Shown one piece after another: positions 1 to 9,337 of a stretch of 34,003 nt of DNA. The stretch comes from an uncultured Planctomycetia bacterium (GTDB taxonomy: Bacteria > Planctomycetota > UBA8742 > SKZP01 > CAYZQB01), in assembly GCA_964480395.1 (NCBI GenBank), contig CAYZQB010000009.1, forward strand, positions 1-34,003. Reading direction: 5' to 3'. The notes beneath the pieces were generated by a model, which ran no database searches, had not been told where the DNA came from, and was given only the letters and a program-made list of their open reading frames with translations. Position numbers and translations under genes: made by a program. Each line of letters opens with the position of its first letter. The first letter of the stretch is position 1.

Positions 1-770
1 TCAATTGTGTAGAATCCGGGTTTTTGGTTTGCGAGCCATTTAGCAGCAGTGAGTGCTCCTCGTGCGAAAATTTCACGGTTTTGTGCACGATGTGTAATTT
101 CTACAATTTCATTCTCGCCTGCAAACATAACTGTGTGTTCACCGGGGATTGTGCCACCGCGAACCACGCTGAAGCCGATTTCTTCTTGCATCCTTTCACC
201 AGTGTGTCCCTGTCGACCAAATACTGCATTTTCTGAGAAATTTAGACCAGCACCAAGAGACGCTGATTCACCGAGTGAAAGCGCAGTACCTGATGGTGCA
301 TCAACCTTTTTGCGATGATGTGCTTCGATGATTTCGATGTCGAAACCTGCAGGATAAAGAATTTTTGCTGCTTGTTCCGTGATTTTTCGTACAACTGCCA
401 CACCCAAGCTGTAATTTGTTGAATAAATGATAGGTATTTTGTTGCCAGCATCACGGAGCATATCAATTTGCTTAGCAGATAAACCTGTTGTGCCAGTTAG
501 CAAGGGTACAGATTTCTGCAAACACTGCGACAGCACATTTTCAAGGGCGACTGGAAGCGTAAAATCTATTGCAACTTCAGCATTTCCGTCAATTTCCGAT
601 GCAACAATAATTTTCCCCGGTTTTCCAAAAAGATGTTCGAAATAATTCATCCCTACGTTTCCACTATCAGCATTTTCAACTGCATCGACAATTTCGAATC
701 CAAAATCTCCTGACAACCTACCAAAAAGTGTCCCCATGCGACCGAGTGCGCCAAAAATCGCAAGTTTCAT
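1..770 (-). CDS. dapB: 4-hydroxy-tetrahydrodipicolinate reductase (DapB); C-terminal end runs off the left edge of the window
   Basis: Missing from the ORF track because no stop lies inside the window. My minus-strand translation from ATG 770-768 stays open to nt 3 (256 codons). It reads MKLAIFGALGRMG... (N-terminal dinucleotide-binding GxxGxxG), ...EIIEAHHRKKVDAPSGTAL... and ...VRGGTIPGEHTVMFAG..., which are the DapB signature segments. GGAGG lies 4 nt upstream of the ATG. Confidence 0.9.
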   Translation of the reverse strand, partial: MKLAIFGALGRMGTLFGRLSGDFGFEIVDAVENADSGNVGMNYFEHLFGKPGKIIVASEIDGNAEVAIDFTLPVALENVLSQCLQKSVPLLTGTTGLSAKQIDMLRDAGNKIPIIYSTNYSLGVAVVRKITEQAAKILYPAGFDIEIIEAHHRKKVDAPSGTALSLGESASLGAGLNFSENAVFGRQGHTGERMQEEIGFSVVRGGTIPGEHTVMFAGENEIVEITHRAQNREIFARGALTAAKWLANQKPGFYTI

Positions 771-821
771 GCGACCTCCATTTTTCTTTTCACAAAATTT
801 TGATTCAGGATAAACTATTAT

Positions 822-1373
822 ATGGCAATGGCAAAGAATTTCGAGGATGACATGGATTTTTCCAAAATTGAGATTGTGCAAGGTGATATAACGAAGGAAA
901 GCGTTGATGCGATTGTAAATGCAGCAAACAAAACGCTTTTAGGTGGTGGCGGTGTGGATGGTGCGATTCATCGTGCTGCGGGTCGGGAATTACTTGCAGA
1001 ATGTAAAATTCTTGACGGCTGCGAGACTGGTGATGCGAAAATCACGAATGGATACAATCTGCCTGCAAAGCATGTGATTCATACGGTTGGACCGGTATAT
1101 TCGGGTGGAAAATATGGCGAAGCAGAGAAGCTAGCGTCAGCATATCGACGTTCAATTGAGGTTGCTGGTGAGAACAATCTGCAAACAGTTGCTTTCCCAG
1201 CGATTTCCTGTGGTATTTATGGCTATCCACATTCCGAAGCAGCAGAGATTGCGATAACAACTGTTGCGAAGGCACTTGAACGGTATCCGGGTATTATTAA
1301 AGTCCGGTTTGTTTTATTTACGAACGATATTTATTCAACGTTCGCAAGTAAATTACTCGAGTTGAAGAATTAA
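822..1373 (+). CDS. Stand-alone macro-domain protein (YmdB/Af1521-type ADP-ribose / O-acetyl-ADP-ribose hydrolase)
   Basis: 183-aa ORF. It carries the macro-domain ADP-ribose-binding motifs IVQGDIT..DAIVNAAN..LGGGGVDGAIHRAAG and FPAISCGIYGYP. Confidence 0.88.
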   Translation: MAMAKNFEDDMDFSKIEIVQGDITKESVDAIVNAANKTLLGGGGVDGAIHRAAGRELLAECKILDGCETGDAKITNGYNLPAKHVIHTVGPVYSGGKYGEAEKLASAYRRSIEVAGENNLQTVAFPAISCGIYGYPHSEAAEIAITTVAKALERYPGIIKVRFVLFTNDIYSTFASKLLELKN

Positions 1374-1376
1374 TGA

Positions 1377-2414
1377 TTAGGATAATAATGTGAGCATGCG
1401 GTTGAGAGCGAGTAATGCGCCTTGTTTGTATTTCTCATCTACATTTACGGGCGTTGCGGTCTCAAGGTTTTTCAGCGTTTCATAAACATGCTCTTCAGTG
1501 ATTTTGAACATGTTTGGGCACATCGACTCATTCATTGGAATTACGGTTTTGTCAGGGTTTTCCGCAGCAAGTCGATTTACAAGATTATATTCCGTACCGA
1601 TGCCGAAAACTTCACCAGGTTTACCATTTTGCACGATTTCACGCAGAAACTTTGTCGAGCCGAAACCATCCGCCAATTCTACAACCTCCGATTTGCATTC
1701 TGGATGCACATAAATCTTTATACCCGGATATTCAGCACGTGCCTGCAAAATATGCTCTGGTTTGTAATGCGTATGAACATGACAGAATCCGCGCCAGAGA
1801 ATTACTCTCGCTTTTTCAATCTGCTTCTGCGAAACTCCGCCGTTAACCTGCTTCGGATCATAAATTGCAATTTCATCGTCGGAAATTCCCATTTTATGTG
1901 CAGTGTTTTTCCCAAGGAATTGGTCAGGGAAAAAGAAGACTTTGGTTCCCTCACCTTGTTCGAACGCCCAGCTAAACGCCAAGGGAGAGTTTGACGAAGT
2001 ACATGTCAGCCCATTATGATTTCCACAGAATGCCTTCAGTTTTACGTCACTGTTTACGTAAACCACCGGAATAATTTTACTCACATCGGTAACGGTTCTG
2101 AGAAAATCCCATGCTTTTTCGACACTGGGTAAATCCGCCATGTCAGCAAGAGGACAGCCGGATTCAGGATTCGGGTGCAGTACTTTCTGATGTGGTTTTG
2201 ACAAAACTTCGGCAGCCTCGACCATAAATCGTACTCCGCAGAACACAATAAATTCCGCCTGCTCCTGCTCCGAAGCAAACTTGGCAAGTTGAAAGCTGTC
2301 ACCCCTTAAATCCGCATGCTGAACCACTGCATCACGTTGATAATGATGAGCCAAAATCAACAATCTTTTTCCGAAATGTTCTCTGATTTGTTGTATTTCG
2401 TGTGTTTTATTCAT
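1377..2414 (-). CDS. nadA: Quinolinate synthase NadA
   Basis: The ORF is open to a TTG at 2432. The first ATG at 2414 gives MNKTHEIQQIREHF..LILAHHYQ, a typical NadA N-terminus. Cys-containing segments ESGCPLADM and WRGFCHVH match the NadA [4Fe-4S] ligand regions, and the length is as expected. Confidence 0.9.
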   Translation of the reverse strand: MNKTHEIQQIREHFGKRLLILAHHYQRDAVVQHADLRGDSFQLAKFASEQEQAEFIVFCGVRFMVEAAEVLSKPHQKVLHPNPESGCPLADMADLPSVEKAWDFLRTVTDVSKIIPVVYVNSDVKLKAFCGNHNGLTCTSSNSPLAFSWAFEQGEGTKVFFFPDQFLGKNTAHKMGISDDEIAIYDPKQVNGGVSQKQIEKARVILWRGFCHVHTHYKPEHILQARAEYPGIKIYVHPECKSEVVELADGFGSTKFLREIVQNGKPGEVFGIGTEYNLVNRLAAENPDKTVIPMNESMCPNMFKITEEHVYETLKNLETATPVNVDEKYKQGALLALNRMLTLLS

Positions 2415-2460
2415 TTTGCTGATTACTCTCAATTTCAGTACGTTAGCTTCTATCCTTCTG

Positions 2461-5037
2461 TTATTTCATTGCAGCCAGTGCTTCATCGACAACCTGTTTC
2501 AGATCAGGATATTTTTCAGCCAGCTCACCAATTACTCGACGTGAACGTCTGTCTTTTAAGACACCGATAAGCTTAATTGCTTCTTTTAAAATCTTTGTGT
2601 TATCAATCTCAAGAATTTCACGAACAAATTTGCGAACATCGTTTTTAATTCTACCTTTGATAAATTGATTCAAATCGCCAATCGATTGCAGTGCATTCTG
2701 CGTGAATTTCACGCGGTTCTCGGTTGTTGCAATGCCCTTAGATATGTAACCTTCGATTGAAGACATAATTAATTTCAAAATTTTGTCCGCTGATGTTGGA
2801 TCTGTTGCAAGTGATTTCAGCACTTTTAGAGTTTCGAGATTTAATTCATTGTCTTCGAAATACAGCATATCGTTTAATGCTTCAATTGATTCCGGTGATT
2901 TAATTGACTTGATTGCTGATAAACATTTGCGAATCAACGAAATCAATGAATTTACGAGCAATTTCTGGCTAACATCATCTGAATTTTTACCAATAATTTC
3001 GTAATATTTAGTATATGCTGCGTTCATTTCGACTATTATCTGCTTAATTGCAAAATTAGCAGCACGTTTCAACTCCTCGAATTGCTCAATGAGATGTGTT
3101 TTCATTTCCAAATTATCTATATTTTGCATATTGTCATTTTCAGATGTGTTTTTCAGGGCTTTAATCAGCATTTCAACAGCTTTCGGATCGCCAGTTCTTC
3201 TAATCGCTTGTGCAGCGTTTTTTCTCAGTTCTTTATCTTTTGTAGTGTCAAGCAAATCGTTTTCAACCATTCCTAGGAAACGAGTAATATCTATTGCACT
3301 CGAAAAATTTGCATTTGCAAATGCTGCCATAATTTTCGTGCGCGATTCAACATTCTTAATATTATCAAGAATATCAAGCATGGTTTTCACAGATTTGCCC
3401 GGTTCGATTTTAACAAGTACTTCGCAGGCAAGAGAGATTATCGATTCATCGGAATCCTTGAGAATTCGCTGAATCTGCTCGGTAATATCTTTCTGATTTG
3501 AAGCAAACAGAAATGAATTTACTTTGATTATTCTAAGTGCTGCGGATGCGACATTCAAATCTTCATCATTCAAGGCAGTTAGAACAGGTTTTATCATCAA
3601 GTTAAGGACTAATTCACGATTATAGTTACTAACATCAGTATCAGAGAATTCGTCACCGACAATTAATCTAAATTTATCCAAAATAATGATTTTAATCTCA
3701 TTTTTAACATTTGAGTTTTTATCGAATGCTGAGGCAATTGTTTCGATGATTTCGGGTGTTGAGATTTTCGCAAGTGAGTCAAGCAGACGCTCTGCTACAA
3801 TCGAATCAGCATAATGTATTGTCAAAAGTTTGATAGTTTTGAATGATTCTGGCTTTGCGAAAAGATGCCGAACAAACGCTTTTTTGAGAATATTAATATA
3901 CTTGTCAAAATTCACTAAAAACTCTTCGATTTTCTTGGCTGAATCATCACCTTCATCCTTGAATTTATCAGGTGCTTTTTCGGCAAACGCTTTGATTATT
4001 TCTGTCAGCAGGTTGCTTGAACAATTTATCGCATATACATAAAAAGTTTCTTCGATTTCGGATGTTTTTTCACCTCTCAGCAACTCTATAAATTTATCAA
4101 ATGCTTTAATTCCGTGGTATTTGGCGAGGATTGTTGCGGTTGTATCGTTGACTCGAATTTGTCTTTCAGCAACACCATTTTGAAGTGCAGATATTTTCTC
4201 CTGTAATTCAGCTTTTGCTTTTTCAAGCTCTTCAATTTTGTCCTTCAGTGTTTCTTCAGTCTTCATGAACTCGTCATTAAGCTTGTCAATTTTCGCTTGC
4301 ACATCCTTCACGAATTTCTGTTCTTTGATAATCTGGATGAGATATGGAATTGAATCCTCATGACCGGAGTAGCCGAAGGCAAAAATAAGTTGATATTTCA
4401 TTTCCGTGTCTGCTTCGAAAATCTCTATGTTTTTTTTAAGTGATTCTGTGAATTTTTTCCGTAAATCATCTGTTACATTAGTTGCTGCATACATCGAACT
4501 TGCAGCGAGTGCAGAAATTATTTTAATCTGAGCGATTTTTTTCTCAGTTTCAAGATTTTTGAGTAATGCTGGAAATGCTGTATAAACTTTTTTCAAATAT
4601 GCAATCTGAACTGCAATCAATGCAACTTCCGAATCCGGATTTGAAATACCTGAAATAATTGTATCGGATGCTAGTTTTTCCGGCAGATACTTTGAAATTG
4701 CTTGAAGGCATGCAACTTTGACAACATTTTCTTTCTGTTTATCGAATTGCTCTTTCAGAAATGGCAAAATCGATTTATCAGCGATTTTTCCAAGAATATT
4801 CATCGCATATTGCTTCTGCCTGAGCGTTGTTTCCTCAGACCCAAAAATATTCTTGAGAGCAGGTATAATCTCAGAGCCCTCCTTCTCAAGAAGCGATGCT
4901 GCTTTTTCTCGTTCTGCCTTGTTCTGCGAGCCAAGCATTTTTATATATTTTTCGATGTTGTTTTGCGCAAAAGCTGTCGTTCCGAGGATGATAATCCCCA
5001 AAATTATTATTAAATTGTAAAAATTTCGTACGGGCAT
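2461..5037 (-). CDS. Large secreted or membrane-anchored HEAT/PBS-lyase-like repeat protein with a central coiled coil; function unknown
   Basis: 858-aa ORF with GGAGA 5 nt upstream of the ATG. The N-terminal hydrophobic segment is LIIILGIIILGTTAFA. HEAT-like repeats include AEREKAASLLEKEGSEIIPALKNIF and LRKNAAQAIRRTGDPKAVEMLIKALKN. A heptad-rich stretch reads KIDKLNDEFMKTEETLKDKIEELEKAKAELQEKISALQ. Confidence 0.6.
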   Translation of the reverse strand: MPVRNFYNLIIILGIIILGTTAFAQNNIEKYIKMLGSQNKAEREKAASLLEKEGSEIIPALKNIFGSEETTLRQKQYAMNILGKIADKSILPFLKEQFDKQKENVVKVACLQAISKYLPEKLASDTIISGISNPDSEVALIAVQIAYLKKVYTAFPALLKNLETEKKIAQIKIISALAASSMYAATNVTDDLRKKFTESLKKNIEIFEADTEMKYQLIFAFGYSGHEDSIPYLIQIIKEQKFVKDVQAKIDKLNDEFMKTEETLKDKIEELEKAKAELQEKISALQNGVAERQIRVNDTTATILAKYHGIKAFDKFIELLRGEKTSEIEETFYVYAINCSSNLLTEIIKAFAEKAPDKFKDEGDDSAKKIEEFLVNFDKYINILKKAFVRHLFAKPESFKTIKLLTIHYADSIVAERLLDSLAKISTPEIIETIASAFDKNSNVKNEIKIIILDKFRLIVGDEFSDTDVSNYNRELVLNLMIKPVLTALNDEDLNVASAALRIIKVNSFLFASNQKDITEQIQRILKDSDESIISLACEVLVKIEPGKSVKTMLDILDNIKNVESRTKIMAAFANANFSSAIDITRFLGMVENDLLDTTKDKELRKNAAQAIRRTGDPKAVEMLIKALKNTSENDNMQNIDNLEMKTHLIEQFEELKRAANFAIKQIIVEMNAAYTKYYEIIGKNSDDVSQKLLVNSLISLIRKCLSAIKSIKSPESIEALNDMLYFEDNELNLETLKVLKSLATDPTSADKILKLIMSSIEGYISKGIATTENRVKFTQNALQSIGDLNQFIKGRIKNDVRKFVREILEIDNTKILKEAIKLIGVLKDRRSRRVIGELAEKYPDLKQVVDEALAAMK

Positions 5038-5170
5038 TTCGTTCTCCGATTAAGTAAAAATTGAGAAAATATAGGAAATCCTACAACTTTTCAACAGATT
5101 TTAAAGTCCAAGACCATTTTTAACCAATAACATTATGTTTTATACGATTTTTAGATAATGCTTAAAAGTA

Positions 5171-7594
5171 TTACATTATTCGCTTTAGCTTGGCGAATGA
5201 TAAGACAATAATCTTCATGCCGACATCGTCAAAGAGGATTTGTGCCTTGATATTGTTACCTTTGCCGTAAATATCTTCGATGTTACCCTTGCCGAATTTT
5301 TCATGAAATATCCTGTCACCCTTGCTGAATTCGCTGAAATCCTCCGGCTCAAACATCATTTCATCTGTATCGATTTTTGAACCTCCACCAAACTCATACT
5401 TGTTGGTCTCAGGATTGTACTGTAATTCGTGGGAATCTGGCTCATAGGTTAATTCGTTGTTGTTTTGTTCGACCTGATCTGTATGAGTTATGCCTTTATC
5501 ATCAAAACTAGTATTGTCATATTTCCATTCTCGGTTTTTAAATGCACTTATCGTGTTTAGTGTGAACGGAACCTGCTCGTTATGCTGATTGAAGTATGAA
5601 ACACAATCCTTGTCAATCTCATCAAGAAAACGCGATGGTTCATTGTAATTGGTTCTGCCGATGAAAGTACGCTGTTCACAGAAAGTCATATAAAGCTGTT
5701 TTTCCGTACGTGTGATGCCAACATAACAGAGTCGACGTTCTTCTTCCAGATCGCCATCACCGTCGATAACTCGTGAATGCGGAAAAACACCCTCCTCAAG
5801 TCCAACAATAAAAACTGTTGGAAATTCAAGCCCCTTGGCAGTGTGCAATGTCAGAAGATTAACTTTATCTTCAATTTGGTCAAATTTATCCGAATCACTC
5901 AAAAGCGCAATTTGCTCAAGATATTCACCAAGCCCAGCACCCCTGTGTTCTTCTTCAAATTTGTCAGCGTCGGTGATAAGTTCCTGAATGTTTTCGATTT
6001 TGTCGTCAGCTCGATGCGAGTCTGTTCTTTGAAGGTATTCATCGTATTCAGTCGATAAAATAATGAAATTGATAAGATTGCCAACTGGTGATTCTTTCAG
6101 AGCTTTGAAATCCTCGATTAGCAAGATAAATGACTTTATTGCCTGCCTGCTGCGTTTTGAGATTTTTAAATCTTCGGGTAGTTCCCAGAATACTTTGTCG
6201 AAACGTATATTATTTTCAAATGAGTATTGAGAAATACGACCAATTGTTTTTGCACCAATTTTTCGGGTAGGTGTATTGACGATACGCATCAAGCTGACCA
6301 TATCCCGTGGATTGTGAATTAAACGCAGATACGCGATAATATCCTTGATTTCCTTTCGCTGAAAGAATTCCAATCCCTTCACAATCGTGTAAGGTATGCT
6401 GTACTCGATTAATTTCTTCTCAAGTGTTCGAGACTGTGCATTTGTACGGTAAAACACAGCACAATCACCAAGCCGCTGGTTATTCGCTTGCAAAGCCAAC
6501 AATTCCCTACAAACATATGCTGCTTCTTCTTCCTCATCCCACAATTTGCGCACAATGACATTCTCACCTTCTTCATTATCCGTTATCATGCGTTTTGGCT
6601 TGCGATTAATATTATGTTCTATAAGGGAATCCGCAGTCTGTAGAATTTTCTTCATAGAGCGATAATTTTTCGGTAACAGCACAACATCAGCATTTTTGAA
6701 ATCTTTCTCGAATGCCACAATATTACCGACATCAGCACCACGCCACGAATAAATCGCCTGGTCAGGGTCACCAGTTACGCAGATATTCTTATGCTCAGCA
6801 CAAAGGAGTTTCACAATATCGTATTGAAGTTTGTTTGTGTCCTGAAATTCGTCAACAAGCACGAATCTGTATCGTCTGCGGTATTTCTCAAGCACTTCGG
6901 TGAATTCGTTGAATAATTTAAAGCACAAAAGTAAAAGGTCGTCGAAATCAACAGCATTATTGTCGCGTAAATACCGTTGATAATGCTCAAAAATCTCAAG
7001 TGTATTTAAATCGTATGTTCCTTTTCGATTTCTTGCAATGTCAGCAGGCATCATGCCGTGCGATTTTTCCATGGATATTTTGGAAATCAGCTCAGCTGGC
7101 TTGAACCAATGCGGGTCGAGAGTTAAATCCTTCAAAACCTTTTTCATCGCAGATTTTTGGTCTTCACGGTCATAAATCACAAAATCCCTGTCGATTTCAA
7201 GAGACTCACCGTCAGACCGCAGCACACGAACACAGAACGAGTGGAAAGTGCATAAGGTCAGACCATCAGAATTCACAAGGTTCTCAACGCGCTTGCGCAT
7301 TTCACTCGCTGCCTTGTTCGTAAACGTAACTCCAAGAATCTGACTGGGTCGAATCCCACGATTTATCAAATATGCAATCCTGCGTGTAATAACTCTGGTC
7401 TTACCCGAACCCGCTGCTGCCAATATCTGAAGCGGACCCCGAAAATGTAGAACCGCTTTTCGTTGATACTCATTTAAATCCTCAAGCAGATAATCATTAA
7501 ATGATTTCTGGTCCATTTTCTCGTCATCGTCTTCGGGAAACGGGCTAAACGCCTCGAATTCACCAGAGTGCGAATCGCACACATCAAACACCAT
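5171..7594 (-). CDS. pcrA: ATP-dependent DNA helicase, UvrD/PcrA/Rep family (SF1A)
   Basis: SF1 helicase motifs are present in order: AAAGSGKTRV (I), VLVDEFQDTN (II), VTGDPDQAIYSWRGA (III), NYRS (IV), TLHTAKGLEFPTVF (V), RLCYVGITRTEKQL (VI). The C-terminal GDRIFHEKFGKGNIEDI...ILFDDVGMKIIVLSFAKL resembles the PcrA/UvrD C-terminal Tudor-like domain. AGAGG lies 5 nt upstream of the ATG. Confidence 0.92.
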   Translation of the reverse strand: MVFDVCDSHSGEFEAFSPFPEDDDEKMDQKSFNDYLLEDLNEYQRKAVLHFRGPLQILAAAGSGKTRVITRRIAYLINRGIRPSQILGVTFTNKAASEMRKRVENLVNSDGLTLCTFHSFCVRVLRSDGESLEIDRDFVIYDREDQKSAMKKVLKDLTLDPHWFKPAELISKISMEKSHGMMPADIARNRKGTYDLNTLEIFEHYQRYLRDNNAVDFDDLLLLCFKLFNEFTEVLEKYRRRYRFVLVDEFQDTNKLQYDIVKLLCAEHKNICVTGDPDQAIYSWRGADVGNIVAFEKDFKNADVVLLPKNYRSMKKILQTADSLIEHNINRKPKRMITDNEEGENVIVRKLWDEEEEAAYVCRELLALQANNQRLGDCAVFYRTNAQSRTLEKKLIEYSIPYTIVKGLEFFQRKEIKDIIAYLRLIHNPRDMVSLMRIVNTPTRKIGAKTIGRISQYSFENNIRFDKVFWELPEDLKISKRSRQAIKSFILLIEDFKALKESPVGNLINFIILSTEYDEYLQRTDSHRADDKIENIQELITDADKFEEEHRGAGLGEYLEQIALLSDSDKFDQIEDKVNLLTLHTAKGLEFPTVFIVGLEEGVFPHSRVIDGDGDLEEERRLCYVGITRTEKQLYMTFCEQRTFIGRTNYNEPSRFLDEIDKDCVSYFNQHNEQVPFTLNTISAFKNREWKYDNTSFDDKGITHTDQVEQNNNELTYEPDSHELQYNPETNKYEFGGGSKIDTDEMMFEPEDFSEFSKGDRIFHEKFGKGNIEDIYGKGNNIKAQILFDDVGMKIIVLSFAKLKRIM

Positions 7595-7796
7595 TAAAAC
7601 CTCTAAATTATAAGGAGTTAATCCTAACTGTTATGTTATTATTTATAAATACCTGACACTATCACATATGCCATTTTAACAAAAAAAACTTTCAGAAATT
7701 ATTCGGATATATTTTGAGTGAACATAAGAATGAATTTCACTATGAACATTATTGAATGATTTGTTTAGTTATCAGTTGTTGAATTGTAAGGATGTT

Positions 7797-8516
7797 ATGC
7801 AGGATGTATTGAAAACAAGGTTTCAGGAAGTTTCTGGCGGAAGAATGCTTGATGTTGCAACCAATAACGGGCAATTTATTCAACGTATTATTGAGTCTTT
7901 CAAGGATTACAGAGAAATAATCGGGATTGACATTGATGAGCATTTGCTTACAAAAGCGAAAGAACTCAGTCAAATAAACAATTATCGGAATGTTGGTTTT
8001 CTTCAGATGAATTCTGAAAACCTTGATTTTTTTGACAATTGCTTTGATGTTGTAAGTATTTCCAATTCTCTTCATCATCTATATAATATCGGCAAAAGTC
8101 TTGATGAAATGAAGCGTGTGCTGAGAAAGGATGGATATTTCATTATTGCAGAAATGTTTTCGGATGTAAAAAGACAAAGTCAGCAATCGCATGTTTTGTT
8201 TCATCATTGGGTTGCAAAAATTGACACACTAACAGGAATTTATCACTGTTCGACATATAAAAAGGACGAAATTGTCGAAATTGCAAAAAAGCTCAAATTT
8301 TCCGAACTTGAGATACTTGAACAAAACAATGCTATTAGCAATCCATTTGACGAATCTGTCATTGCAAAGATTACTGAGTTCATTGATACAACTATCCTGC
8401 GAGTTAAAGGATTTGATGCATATCATGCTTTATATCGTACGGGTGAGGAAATTAAATCGCATATACATAAAAATGGTTGGGAATCACCTCCTCAGATAAT
8501 TATAATTTGCACATAG
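7797..8516 (+). CDS. Class I SAM-dependent methyltransferase (Methyltransf_11-like), substrate unknown
   Basis: Motif I variant MLDVATNNGQF, acidic end of beta-2 in IIGIDID, and FDVVSISNSLHHL. The ORF opens at TTG 7752. I prefer ATG 7797, which has AAGGA 4 nt upstream; the start remains uncertain. Confidence 0.72.
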   Translation: MQDVLKTRFQEVSGGRMLDVATNNGQFIQRIIESFKDYREIIGIDIDEHLLTKAKELSQINNYRNVGFLQMNSENLDFFDNCFDVVSISNSLHHLYNIGKSLDEMKRVLRKDGYFIIAEMFSDVKRQSQQSHVLFHHWVAKIDTLTGIYHCSTYKKDEIVEIAKKLKFSELEILEQNNAISNPFDESVIAKITEFIDTTILRVKGFDAYHALYRTGEEIKSHIHKNGWESPPQIIIICT

Positions 8517-8535
8517 ATTTTAAATGGAGGAGATA

Positions 8536-9312
8536 ATGGAGAGACAGACGTTGTTTGGATTTCAGCTTGATGGGATAGTCAGTTATATTGTTGACAATAT
8601 TGCGGTGATAAAACTCAAGAACAATGCAATTTCTTCCTTGTCTGACATTATTTCAAGCAGGAAGCTTTTTTCGATTTTTAAACAGGCAGCAGAATCTGAT
8701 GTCATCAAAGTGATGTTGATAATTTGCGATAAAGATGCGATTGGTGAGGATGAATACTCTCGATTCATGAAAAGCATTATTCGGGAAGATATTAACGAGA
8801 ATATTGGTGATAGGCAAAAGTTTATTCACAGAGAAACGCAATTGGCAAGGTATCGAAGTATAAACGTTTTGAATAGATTTCTTACGTTGACATTGTCTTT
8901 TGACAAAATTACTGTCATGGCAATGCAGGGGAGTGTTTCGACACCTTTTTTTGGATTAAGTCTGGCAAACGACTTCAGGTATGCATCTGAAGATATGACA
9001 TATGCGCTGACACATAAGAAATTTGGATTGCACCCAAGCGGCGGGATTCCATTCCTTCTTCCACGCTATATCGGCGTAAACAAAGCAACTGATATATTGC
9101 TTACAAAGGAATATGTTCCAGCAAATGAAGCATTTAATCTCGGATTAATAAACAAAATTCTGCCAAACGAGAATTTTGAGCAACATGTTCTCAACGAGAT
9201 AAAACGGTTTTCAAAACTCGATTTGAATCAAATTCACATGACATGCCGATTACTTCATTATTTCGATAATGACATCCAAAAGTATCTGGAATTAGAGGAA
9301 AAATTCATTTAA
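8536..9312 (+). CDS. Crotonase (enoyl-CoA hydratase/isomerase) superfamily protein, probably not a canonical hydratase
   Basis: Crotonase-fold pattern: IAVIKLKN...MAMQGSVSTPFFGLSLANDFRYAS...FGLHPSGGIPFLLPRYIGVNKATDILLTKEYVPANEAFNLGLINKILP. GGAGG at 8526-8530 lies 5 nt upstream of ATG 8536. The ORF track starts at ATG 8524. Confidence 0.72.
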   Translation: MERQTLFGFQLDGIVSYIVDNIAVIKLKNNAISSLSDIISSRKLFSIFKQAAESDVIKVMLIICDKDAIGEDEYSRFMKSIIREDINENIGDRQKFIHRETQLARYRSINVLNRFLTLTLSFDKITVMAMQGSVSTPFFGLSLANDFRYASEDMTYALTHKKFGLHPSGGIPFLLPRYIGVNKATDILLTKEYVPANEAFNLGLINKILPNENFEQHVLNEIKRFSKLDLNQIHMTCRLLHYFDNDIQKYLELEEKFI

Positions 9313-9337
9313 TATAGCAAGAATGAGTTTTTTTAAA

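Noticed and set aside
24-318. Plus-strand ORFs 24..236 and 49..318 at the left edge
   Set aside because: They lie opposite the dapB reading frame, which carries unmistakable DapB motifs.
822-1373. Macro-domain protein as a DarG-like antitoxin or other ADP-ribosylation conflict module
   Set aside because: It is a 183-aa stand-alone YmdB-type macro domain without the DarG C-terminal domain. No DarT-like or other toxin ORF is adjacent; the neighbours are dapB and nadA.
1422-1994. 190-aa plus-strand ORF (and 1498..1713, 1514..1846) inside nadA
   Set aside because: These are antisense shadow ORFs within a gene with clear NadA motifs. They have low-complexity, stop-poor composition typical of AT-rich antisense frames.
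5171-7594. UvrD-like helicase as a defence helicase (for example Gabija GajB-type)
   Set aside because: It has the complete housekeeping PcrA/UvrD motif set plus the C-terminal Tudor-like domain. No GajA-like nuclease or other defence gene is next to it.
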